A stretch of 36,402 nucleotides of DNA from a virus. Lineage: Duplodnaviria; Caudoviricetes. Below are positions 24,076 through 32,083 of the stretch, one piece after another. Position 1 is the stretch's first letter, and every line of letters begins with the position of its first letter. The stretch covers positions 1-36,402 of the IMG/VR virus record IMGVR_UViG_3300031949_000108, one strand, 5' to 3'. Under the pieces are notes generated by a model, which worked only from the letters and a program-made list of their open reading frames with translations, had not been told where the DNA came from and did not search any database. The position numbers and the translations under genes were made by a program.

Positions 24076-26393
24076 TGGACTATATGGAAGACTCTAAAAG
24101 AGTACCAAAGCTGCCGCTAAAACCTAACCGGCGCGTCATTCCTGACAAAATACGATTGTCAGAACTAAGAACGCAAAAAGCGAAAGGTATAGTCGTACTA
24201 TACCGGTGTAAGAACGTGTTTGGCACCGCCCAGCCTTTCTCAGCTATTGTACAATCGCAACGCTTAATACAATCGGCTATAGCACACTTATCACAAGAAG
24301 GCGTGCCTCTATCAGAAGAGCTAATCGCAAGGCCATGTCCAGTAAGGCCTAGGCATGGCTTCGTCGATTCAAGGCCGGTCAAAACATACGAAGAAGTCCT
24401 CAGTACCTGGAAAGAAACGAAGCAGCATGACCCGCAAGGCGAATTAGTATTGCAACCGTTAATACAAGCTGATGCTAGTGCGGTACTAACACCTACTGCA
24501 CTAGGCATCGGTCCTGGTAGGGAAGGTGCTACTAGCGGAACTAAAGCTTGGACAATTTCCCTACCCGCGCCAAAGCCAGCTAGTTACTCATACCTAGATA
24601 ATTTCGGTGGTCATGTACAAAGCCGGGATGCTTTGCCCACTCATTTGCTAGAATGCGCGGGTATACCAGAACACGAAGCCCCTTATATGGAATTTGTAAG
24701 AGACTTCAATAATATGCAATGGCTTGTCCAGCTACGAGCGGGGCCACGTACTAGCGGAAAGTCTGATATAATTCCCTACGATAACTATAAGGTAACTAAA
24801 GTACGTAGTATAACAAGCCATAGCACCTCACTTATAGAGTGGGAGAACGAAACCGCAACGCTGCCAAAAGGTACGGCTGTATATCACGCAGGCGGTACAG
24901 TAGTGTCTCATTTTGCCATGCACTGTTTAGCTAACAACATAGCATACATTACTTCACATATACCACACGTTGGTGAAGTGTTACATACTACAGAAGCGCT
25001 CACTACGGATGGTATAGCTGAGTGTTCAGACGCGATGCGGCAAGGTGTCTTACGCGGTTTTAACACTAGCGATTGGTATGGCCCAATAAACGAAGTAACA
25101 GAGTTTTGGAAGGAATGGACGGCCAGTAGGCGTCTACATTCAACCTTGGCATTTGCCCTATTTGGTATACACAATTATGGAGCCGACCACGGGACAATTG
25201 GAAGCTACATAACTGGCGCAGCATGCGCTAACCTATGGCGCTTATTGGCAATCGTATGTTGTGGGGAGTATAGGCATAGTTCCTACTATGAGGGTATAAA
25301 CATACATAGAGGCAGGGAAATGAGCGAGATAACAGGTAGGGATAAAGTTTTTGCATACTTGTGGTACTTACCGCCAGAGCTGCTAAATGAGATACTGACT
25401 AAGGCAGCATATTCGTTTCTTAACAATGTATGGCATCGTAGTTATGGCGGGCTACAGTGGGGTCATTGTGCTTATTCGGCATTACGATTAGGTAATGCGC
25501 TAGCGAGGTTTTATACAAAGCCTACGCCTCATAATAAAAGGCGCCTGCTACAAGTGGCCCACTATACGGTAAATATAGTGCATAATAACGGCTGGGTTTT
25601 TAATAAGTTTGCAGACGGGAATCTAGCAGATAAGGCCGCAAATGCTAGTAGGCTATTTCTAGTAAATCATGTACTATCTCCGTTACAAGAGCTACAGCGT
25701 CTTAGTACAAAACCACTGGAAGTGTTGAAATTCACAGATGCTAGGGATATAGTAGGCTGGCGCAGTGACATTACATACCAGTTAAGAAAGAGGGCACGTG
25801 GGAAATGGACTTTGAAGCCTTGGCTAGAGTATACCGCTGAGGTTGGCAACTTAGCCATGGCGCTGGGATACGGCTTGGCCTACAGGCCCAAAGGTACGAT
25901 AGCAAAAGCTTCAGAAGAAGCTAACAAAGTATCATTCATCCACTATACAGCTAATAAGTCTGAGTTAGAGTTACCAACTGAGCTAACGTTCCTGCAATGC
26001 TGTATACGCGCTCCTGGCCTTATACATTTCCAGGCCAAGTTTAAACCCGGATGCCTTGATACCAAACAGCCTAGCTCATGTTACTACAAATTCAGTGTAG
26101 ATTATAACAACGTGTTTACGTCTTGCGACTTGACGCACGCTAACTTTAGGCAGCTAGTTGAAGCTAAATGCAAAGACGAGTTGTATAGCGCTCATAGCTA
26201 TGCTGGCACACTAACACGATACTGGGTTTTTAGGTACGACGATTCGATAAGCGTAAAAGTAGATATGAGCACACTTCCTAAGTGTATAGAGATATACTTA
26301 GCTCTTTCAGACCCGCTCGTTCCCGCTGCGCCGTGGGAACTTATCGGCTACCGGATACCAAAGGAGGAACTAATCTATGTCAAGCAAGCGTAA
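24075..26393 (+). CDS. PEP-synthase/PPDK-superfamily phosphotransferase: ATP-grasp, swivelling phospho-His domain and an unrecognised C-terminal region
   Basis: QKAKGIVVL, LVLQPLIQADASAV and MEFVRD...WLVQLRAGP parallel the PEPS ATP-grasp motifs (GGKA..L, VVQ.MV....SGV, IEWA....YILQARP). GGTVVSHFAMHCLANNIAYI parallels GG.TSHAAI.ARE.GIP.V (His279). Confidence 0.75.
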   Translation: MDYMEDSKRVPKLPLKPNRRVIPDKIRLSELRTQKAKGIVVLYRCKNVFGTAQPFSAIVQSQRLIQSAIAHLSQEGVPLSEELIARPCPVRPRHGFVDSRPVKTYEEVLSTWKETKQHDPQGELVLQPLIQADASAVLTPTALGIGPGREGATSGTKAWTISLPAPKPASYSYLDNFGGHVQSRDALPTHLLECAGIPEHEAPYMEFVRDFNNMQWLVQLRAGPRTSGKSDIIPYDNYKVTKVRSITSHSTSLIEWENETATLPKGTAVYHAGGTVVSHFAMHCLANNIAYITSHIPHVGEVLHTTEALTTDGIAECSDAMRQGVLRGFNTSDWYGPINEVTEFWKEWTASRRLHSTLAFALFGIHNYGADHGTIGSYITGAACANLWRLLAIVCCGEYRHSSYYEGINIHRGREMSEITGRDKVFAYLWYLPPELLNEILTKAAYSFLNNVWHRSYGGLQWGHCAYSALRLGNALARFYTKPTPHNKRRLLQVAHYTVNIVHNNGWVFNKFADGNLADKAANASRLFLVNHVLSPLQELQRLSTKPLEVLKFTDARDIVGWRSDITYQLRKRARGKWTLKPWLEYTAEVGNLAMALGYGLAYRPKGTIAKASEEANKVSFIHYTANKSELELPTELTFLQCCIRAPGLIHFQAKFKPGCLDTKQPSSCYYKFSVDYNNVFTSCDLTHANFRQLVEAKCKDELYSAHSYAGTLTRYWVFRYDDSISVKVDMSTLPKCIEIYLALSDPLVPAAPWELIGYRIPKEELIYVKQA

Positions 26394-27126
26394 TAAAAGC
26401 AGATACCTACCAGGTTGTGAGAGCAGGTATAATGATATACTAAACGATGACGAGTATGACTTTGTAAGTGGTAAGTATAAGCCCGATGAGCTAGCACACG
26501 CACGAGCGTATAACCCAGTTAGTCAAACTGGTTTTGTGCCAGGCACAGCTGCTATACCTTACAAAAGGTGTAGCCACGACGGACAATCTAAACCAATTAT
26601 CATAGGCAATGTAAGAGTCACGGGCGCAACAGGTAGTTGCCTAGATATGTTTGCTGGTCTAAACATAGTTATCGATGCAGGCGGAAGTGTATCGATGACC
26701 AAACGGCCATTCATAAAAAGCGGCCCAGCTAATATCACTAAGCTTGAACTTCCTGGCCTGCAACCTTGTCCAGTTGTTAGATTAGACTGGCCAGATCGTC
26801 AAGCCCCGCCAGTCCCTGCTTCTTGGTGGACATCGTTACTAAAAACTTTAGATGCCAGCTATTCGCGCGTCGTGTGCGCGTGTATCGGTGGTCATGGCAG
26901 GACGGGTACTATGTTAGCTGCCTTGCTGCTAGCTGGATGTAATGAGCTAACCCCTGAAGACGCAGTGGCTTTAGTAAAAGAGATACACTGTGATAAAGCT
27001 GTGGAAGCTAGCTCACAATTTCGGTATCTTGCGACGCTAAGACCAGAGTGGACTCCAACCAAAGCATACAAGCAGAACATGGAGGAAACAAGCCAATGGT
27101 ACAACCGTGAATTAGCTACGGGATGA
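26377..27126 (+). CDS. Cys-dependent (CX5R) PTP/dual-specificity-type phosphatase
   Basis: LDWPDRQAP (WPD loop), CIGGHGRTGT (Cys169, P-loop), AVEASSQ. Confidence 0.88.
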   Translation: MSSKRNKSRYLPGCESRYNDILNDDEYDFVSGKYKPDELAHARAYNPVSQTGFVPGTAAIPYKRCSHDGQSKPIIIGNVRVTGATGSCLDMFAGLNIVIDAGGSVSMTKRPFIKSGPANITKLELPGLQPCPVVRLDWPDRQAPPVPASWWTSLLKTLDASYSRVVCACIGGHGRTGTMLAALLLAGCNELTPEDAVALVKEIHCDKAVEASSQFRYLATLRPEWTPTKAYKQNMEETSQWYNRELATG

Positions 27127-27188
27127 GGCGGCGAGTAGGTTATGAAAACCGGGCAAATAAGCCCCAAAACAAAGAAGGAGAAACGGTT

Positions 27189-27725
27189 ATGTTGATAAGT
27201 TACATTCAGGCTAGAGTTTTTGCGCCTGGCGTCATAAGGCTCCAAGCGACGGGTCCTGCATTCCCGTTAGGGTATGCATCCGGTAACATTAAGACCGAAT
27301 CGGCCACTATACAAAGGCTTATTCAGGAGCGTTCATTCGTGCCAAGCATGAGAGCTACTACTGGGAAGCTCTACGCTCCGCTTGGAGTCTTGGATAGTGA
27401 CCAAACAATCTGCTTACTTGACCCTGATACTGGGTATGAAGACAGGGTGTTGTTTTCAATGAAAGAGGTTCTTAGTGTACTCAAGGCCCCAGTTCCAGCT
27501 TACGACGCTAGCGATAAGGACCTAGTGGAAGCACACGTCAAGGTGACACTCAATACAGCTAAGGCAGGACCGCTCAAGCCAAACCTGGAAGTGGAAGACA
27601 AGGACCCAGCTGTGTATGATAATGAGGATAATGACAATGATGAGGAAGACCCCGTGTCTATTGCTTTGATGGGCCTTCAGCAAGCAGTTAGCGTACTTGC
27701 GAGTGCTCTTAAGCAGAAGAAGTAA
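27189..27725 (+). CDS. Hypothetical protein, 178 aa; N-terminus resembles the last domain of the swivel kinase; acidic tail
   Basis: AAGGAG SD favours ATG 27189 over the track start 27123. Confidence 0.7.
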   Translation: MLISYIQARVFAPGVIRLQATGPAFPLGYASGNIKTESATIQRLIQERSFVPSMRATTGKLYAPLGVLDSDQTICLLDPDTGYEDRVLFSMKEVLSVLKAPVPAYDASDKDLVEAHVKVTLNTAKAGPLKPNLEVEDKDPAVYDNEDNDNDEEDPVSIALMGLQQAVSVLASALKQKK

Positions 27726-27730
27726 CGCAG

Positions 27731-27784
27731 AGACACTCGATTGCTCCATCCTACCTCGCATTAGGATGGAGTGATGGAGTGTTT
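27731..27784 (+). other. Long intergenic hairpin (about 22 bp), possible RNase III site or terminator
   Basis: AGACACTC-G-ATTGCTCCATCCTA / TAGGATGGAGTGAT-G-GAGTGTTT. Confidence 0.65.
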
Positions 27785-27820
27785 AAGTCTTGACAGCTAA
27801 CGTTTGAGGAGGCCTATATT

Positions 27821-27973
27821 ATGGTAGTTATAGAATCCTGTACTTGTTCCCATGTATATCAAGACAAGCTTTATGGCAAAGGGAAGCGTGTGCACAATAT
27901 TATGTTAAAGGACAACCACCCTAACCCAAAAGGCCGTCTTAGATGTACTGTGTGTGCTATGGTGAAGCCATGA
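27821..27973 (+). CDS. 50-aa zinc-binding protein
   Basis: GAGGAGG SD; MVVIESCTCSHVYQDKLYGKGKRVHN...RCTVC. Confidence 0.75.
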   Translation: MVVIESCTCSHVYQDKLYGKGKRVHNIMLKDNHPNPKGRLRCTVCAMVKP

Positions 27974-28290
27974 CCAAGGTGCGAGACTGGACTATTAACA
28001 TGGTGTTGCTACGGCCATGCGTCTTCCATCGCGCAGGCGCCTGTAGCGCGTGCGATGGAGCGGGTACGTGCGAGTACGAAGTACAAGTCAGCGGACGCTA
28101 TTGGCCAGGTAGTAATTGGCCTAGCGGCTATTGGAGCAAAGAAGTAGGTGGATGGCTACCGGGTGACGCACCAGAGTGGGAAATTGAGTCTATCACAATC
28201 GGAAAAAGTGGCACGCCGTTCCCTTGGGAACTCACCGATAACGAAACCGATGAATGTTTGTACCTAGCAGACATTGAGGCGTGGGACTAA
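27970..28290 (+). CDS. Hypothetical protein with CSACDGAG motif
   Basis: ATGA coupling supports a start at 27970. Confidence 0.65.
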   Translation: MTKVRDWTINMVLLRPCVFHRAGACSACDGAGTCEYEVQVSGRYWPGSNWPSGYWSKEVGGWLPGDAPEWEIESITIGKSGTPFPWELTDNETDECLYLADIEAWD

Positions 28291-28376
28291 TGACGGAATA
28301 TTCTCTCGGAGCTTTGTTCCTCTATGGCGTGGTCCTTGGCGTGCTGCTTAGGCTTATAAGTGGGAGACGCTGGTGA
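28290..28376 (+). CDS. 28-aa single-TM peptide
   Basis: TAATG-coupled; MTEYSLGALFLYGVVLGVLLRLISGRRW. Confidence 0.55.
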   Translation: MTEYSLGALFLYGVVLGVLLRLISGRRW

Positions 28377-28540
28377 AAAAGTTAAAACGCTGGATTATCG
28401 GCCCTTTCGTGCTAACGCGGCACGTCTCAAGCGCTTACTACGATGCCTACGTGGTAAAGCAGGACGACGGAAGGCCGCGCTTCAAATGGCATCCCCAATG
28501 GCGGATAAGAATAGGCCACTGGGAATTGGAACGCTGGTGA
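28373..28540 (+). CDS. 55-aa hypothetical protein
   Basis: GTGA coupling at both ends, GGAG SD; MKKLKRWIIGPFVL...GHWELERW. Confidence 0.55.
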   Translation: MKKLKRWIIGPFVLTRHVSSAYYDAYVVKQDDGRPRFKWHPQWRIRIGHWELERW

Positions 28541-28716
28541 CCGAGGAAGAAGTCAACGCTGCCAGAGGTCCGTTTGACGGGCATCAGCTTTTGCTAACTA
28601 TACTATGGGAAGCTTGTGTACGTCATAAGGACAAAGTAAGAAGCGACGTAGCTTTGGAGATAATGCTAGATCACGCTACACGTCAAGACTATATAAGTCC
28701 TAGGAGAGCTAGCTAA
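28537..28716 (+). CDS. 59-aa hypothetical protein (3' half of track ORF 28360..28716)
   Basis: GTGA-coupled start giving MTEEEVNAARGPFDGHQ. Confidence 0.55.
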   Translation: MTEEEVNAARGPFDGHQLLLTILWEACVRHKDKVRSDVALEIMLDHATRQDYISPRRAS

Positions 28717-29399
28717 TGCAATGTGTTAGATGCAGTAACCCTATACCTAAGTGGTATAGCTTTATAGTATGTACTAAGTGTAGCTTGGACTTAGCGAAAG
28801 GTGCCACAGTTATACTAACTAAGGCGCCACAACGCTCTAATCTTCCAACTAAGGCGCCAGAGCCTGCAAGCATCCGTCCCAAGCCGGATGGGCGCACGCC
28901 CACACGCCGGAGGCGCGGGCGCCAGGGACGGATTGCGGCTCAATCTTCCATCCAAAATACACTATATGTCGGAAATTGGAAGAACAGCGTCTCACCGAGT
29001 CAAACGAAAAGCGCCGCAAAACTGAGCAAATCGTCGGCCAGGCGACTTGAGAGCCTCCGTCGTGGGCTCGAACAAGCGAAAGCTGGCGACTTGCGCGATC
29101 TCGGCTCTTTCGCGCGTTTTGCGCAAGGCGCCGCTGCACGATCGCGCAAAAACGCAAGGCGCCAAGCTGAGGAAAAACGCGGGGTTAACGCTGGCACGGC
29201 GGTTGCAGCTAAGAAAACTCGGCAAGGGACGCGGCGCGGGCCGTTAGTCATGTCAAGTGTAGAGCACGCTAAGGAGTGTGGTTGTAGTGATCCAAAAGGC
29301 TATCACACTAAGTTCCCTAATGGGCACTGGAGACACTGGCTTAGTCCTACCAATGACGAACGAGAAGACATGAACGACTTGCTATGGTACGGCAGATAA
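28716..29399 (+). CDS. ORF with N-terminal CxxC..CxxC and a very basic low-complexity middle that overlaps probable regulatory DNA
   Basis: TAATG-coupled, 227 aa; the middle part contains repeats and a sigma54 site. Confidence 0.45.
   Translation: MQCVRCSNPIPKWYSFIVCTKCSLDLAKGATVILTKAPQRSNLPTKAPEPASIRPKPDGRTPTRRRRGRQGRIAAQSSIQNTLYVGNWKNSVSPSQTKSAAKLSKSSARRLESLRRGLEQAKAGDLRDLGSFARFAQGAAARSRKNARRQAEEKRGVNAGTAVAAKKTRQGTRRGPLVMSSVEHAKECGCSDPKGYHTKFPNGHWRHWLSPTNDEREDMNDLLWYGR
29192..29207 (+). promoter_or_regulatory. Sigma54 (-24/-12) consensus upstream of the recombination genes
   Basis: C-TGGCAC-GGCGG-TTGCA, an exact TGGCACG-N4-TTGCA match. Confidence 0.65.
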
Positions 29400-29743
29400 A
29401 ACCGACACGTAAGTATCCAGGCTACCCGGCATGGGATCTAATTGCCTGCGGGTGTTGTGCTGGCTTAGAGTGGGGTGGTGAGTATCCCCGCGAGTGTAAC
29501 GACTGCAACGGCACAGGGAGCTATGCAAGACATAGACGGACAGGTGTGCTAGCCGAATGGCCTGGCGGACGCTTGTTAGGCCGAGATAGCAAAGGGATAA
29601 CGCCAGCTGAGCATAAAGCGCTAGCTAAGGCAGCTTGTCCTTGCAAATGCAAAACTCCTCTACTTGGCTACCGTATAAAAGATAAGACTCTAGTAGTAAG
29701 ATGTCGCCTTTGTAATTCTGAGGCTGTAGTAAGGCTATGCTAA
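29384..29743 (+). CDS. Cys-rich putative zinc-binding protein
   Basis: CGCC, CNDCNG, CPCKC and CRLC motifs. Confidence 0.6.
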   Translation: MVRQIKPTRKYPGYPAWDLIACGCCAGLEWGGEYPRECNDCNGTGSYARHRRTGVLAEWPGGRLLGRDSKGITPAEHKALAKAACPCKCKTPLLGYRIKDKTLVVRCRLCNSEAVVRLC

Positions 29744-29944
29744 AAAGTAATGGTCAGCTGTGGCTTGCCGCGACGGCGGCGAGGCCGGCACTAGGGATGA
29801 CAAAAAGTTGGAACGCACAACTCCATCTAACAAATCATCCGCCCTGTGCGAAGGGAAAGCGCTTTTGATAAAAGGCGCCCGGCATTTTGCTTAGCGTCGA
29901 AAGATAGACTGTACTGTCGAAAGAGGGGCTAAAGAGAGGCCATA

Positions 29945-30967
29945 ATGTCTAACGGTAGTGGCAAGGGTAACTCGTTCCAAAGTGACTATGCTCGCTGTGA
30001 ACGCTACTTTTACTTTAAGCATAGGCGTCACTTAAAACACTCTAAGGCCGTGGAAGGCGCCGCGACTATCGTAGGAACAGCGCTACATGAGTGGCTTAGA
30101 GCCTTTTACACAGCAGAAATGGAAGGGAATCCGTTTGAGCATTGTAAGGAGCAGGCTATAGCCTGGTTCCACACAGCGTTGCAAGGTGCCACGGCTGAGC
30201 TTCCTGAAGGCACTGACCACACCCAGCTTGACAAACGTGCCACTACAGCCTTAGCTTTACTTGCTCGGCGCGCTAACACAATTTGGAAGAGATTGCAAGA
30301 GGGAGATGAGAGAACTTTAGCTTGTGAGCTACACCTTACGCTTGAGCTACCAGAGAGTTTTATATTCGACAACGAAGAGTCTCCAAAAGGCAACAAACTT
30401 ACAATTTGTCCAGAGCTAAGGCACTATACAGTACAGATTGATCGTGTGTTCGACCAAATAAAGCATCCTGACATTGATGAAGCTTGTAGAGTAGTCGAGG
30501 ATCATAAAAGCACAAGCGCGTCAAGCCCTAAAGCACAAGCTCAGCAATTTCTCATGAACGATCAAAGCACTGGGTACGTGTTTGCTTTTAATAAGTCAAT
30601 AGCAGCGCTTGGAAACTTTCCAAGAGCACTACTAGAAGATGAGCACGCCACTGCAATACGATACGATGTATGGCGTGTTGAGGGTAAGATTGACTCTGAT
30701 GCTGCTTTTCACGAAGAGATTAGACTAGTGGACCCACAAGTTGGGTCAGACTGGTACAAGCGCTTATTGCTAACCCGTGCTAGAATGAGTGAATGCTGGA
30801 ACTACCCGCTAGACTTATGGACTGCTTCTAGGATCGCTTATGGACCATGTAAGCTATTTGGTAAAGAGTGCGAGTTTTGGCCTATCTGTGACGATCCTGG
30901 TAATGAGGAACGTGTAATAGAGGAAGAGTATGAGGAGACTAGTGAAGAAGAAAGAACACCAGCATGA
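29945..30967 (+). CDS. PD-(D/E)XK nuclease (RecB/AddB/Cas4-like phage exonuclease), probably with an Fe-S cluster
   Basis: N-terminal CERYFY, GTALHEWL, QIDRV...VEDHKST, C-terminal C....KECEFWPIC (1+3 Cys arrangement). Confidence 0.85.
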   Translation: MSNGSGKGNSFQSDYARCERYFYFKHRRHLKHSKAVEGAATIVGTALHEWLRAFYTAEMEGNPFEHCKEQAIAWFHTALQGATAELPEGTDHTQLDKRATTALALLARRANTIWKRLQEGDERTLACELHLTLELPESFIFDNEESPKGNKLTICPELRHYTVQIDRVFDQIKHPDIDEACRVVEDHKSTSASSPKAQAQQFLMNDQSTGYVFAFNKSIAALGNFPRALLEDEHATAIRYDVWRVEGKIDSDAAFHEEIRLVDPQVGSDWYKRLLLTRARMSECWNYPLDLWTASRIAYGPCKLFGKECEFWPICDDPGNEERVIEEEYEETSEEERTPA

Positions 30968-31130
30968 AGCGCAACAGCGTAAGACGGTAAACCCAGCTAT
31001 TAAAGCACTAGCTAATATGATAGCGCCAAAAATAGCATATGGTACTACTGAAGAAGCTTTATCTATACTAGCGCTGCTATGTAGTCATAATAAACCTACG
31101 ATGCTAAGTATGATAAGGAGCTACAAGTGA
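30964..31130 (+). CDS. Small hypothetical protein (start and frame uncertain)
   Basis: Track ORF 30930..31130 fills the gap between nuclease and ATPase, but the true start is not resolved. Confidence 0.3.
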
Positions 31131-32083
31131 CTCTACCACAACAAAAGGCTACTATATTCGTGCCGGGAGGTCAGCTCCTTAGCGAGCTAAAGGTTGAGCG
31201 TTTTAACGTATGTCTTGGTGGAGGAAGTGGTGCTGGTAAGAGTACAGGAAGTGTTAGTTTTGGCGGCGGAGAGTACGGGAAAATAATCTACTTTCTCATT
31301 GAACACGGCCAGCTTGGCGGCGCTGGCGGGGCTCTCCCTTTGAAGTTTCTAAAGGGGATTAACGAGACCATTCATGAGGATGAGATTCTTGTGCTCTCCG
31401 TCGCCTCGTGGGGACGTATGCAAGCGCAGTTTAAGTGGCTTTGCCAAAACACTCAACGCCTTTATGATGAGGGTTACCGTGTTATGGTATGGGATGGGAT
31501 CACCGAGCTGGCCCTTATGATTAGTGACGCTTTACAAGTGCAGGCGCCAGACACAGTGAGTGAAAAGGGGGCTGAACAGGGTCGTAATATAGCTCGTACC
31601 TTAGTCACGGACATTGATCTTGTTGGTGGCCGTGAGATGGTACAAAGCGACTATGGGTTAGTTGGCTCACGTATGAGGAGTGCTATCAAACGCGCCAAGT
31701 GGCTTCCATTCACCTTCATAGCTACGGCACAGGATGGGCCGCTTTACGATGAGAACCAAAGTGGAGAGGATGCTGTGCCTATTGGCATAGGGCCTGCGTT
31801 AGTTGGTCGTAAAGTGGTAAACAGGCTACTTTACGCATTTGACTTCTATTTCCACTGTGATGTCTTACAAACTAAGACAGTTGACCCCAGTACCAAAAAG
31901 CTAGAGATTACGCAGACTTACAGGTGGCTTACGCAAGATCAGAGTAGGGGTAAAGGCAATCCTCCTTACTTCGCTAAAAGCAGAGCGGGTTATGCGCTTG
32001 AGAAGTACGAGAAACCTGACGGGCGAGCTATGTTAAGTAAGCTAGGCTTTAAACCAGCACCAATGGGACAAGGTGGTGTATAA
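31127..32083 (+). CDS. AAA_24 / Sak4-like P-loop ATPase (recombinase)
   Basis: Walker A GGSGAGKST, Walker B MVWDGITE, DYG, C-terminal FAKSR; AAGGAG SD with GTG start; next to nuclease and SSB-like genes. Confidence 0.8.
   Translation: MTLPQQKATIFVPGGQLLSELKVERFNVCLGGGSGAGKSTGSVSFGGGEYGKIIYFLIEHGQLGGAGGALPLKFLKGINETIHEDEILVLSVASWGRMQAQFKWLCQNTQRLYDEGYRVMVWDGITELALMISDALQVQAPDTVSEKGAEQGRNIARTLVTDIDLVGGREMVQSDYGLVGSRMRSAIKRAKWLPFTFIATAQDGPLYDENQSGEDAVPIGIGPALVGRKVVNRLLYAFDFYFHCDVLQTKTVDPSTKKLEITQTYRWLTQDQSRGKGNPPYFAKSRAGYALEKYEKPDGRAMLSKLGFKPAPMGQGGV

Noticed and set aside
24075-26393. Annotation as a metabolic pyruvate phosphate dikinase (auxiliary metabolic gene)
   Set aside because: The ATP-grasp is short and divergent, and no PEP/pyruvate-binding barrel motifs are recognisable after the His domain.
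27790-27820. Sigma70 promoter TTGACA...TATATT
   Set aside because: The spacer is 19 bp and the -10 abuts the ATG while an SD lies inside the spacer; the geometry is implausible.
28360-28536. N-terminal half of the track's 118-aa ORF
   Set aside because: Better explained by GTGA-coupled ORFs 28290-28376 and 28373-28540 in other frames.
29945-30967. Cas4-like nuclease as evidence of a CRISPR system
   Set aside because: No repeat-spacer array or other cas genes; the context (Sak4-like ATPase, SSB) is a standard phage recombination module.
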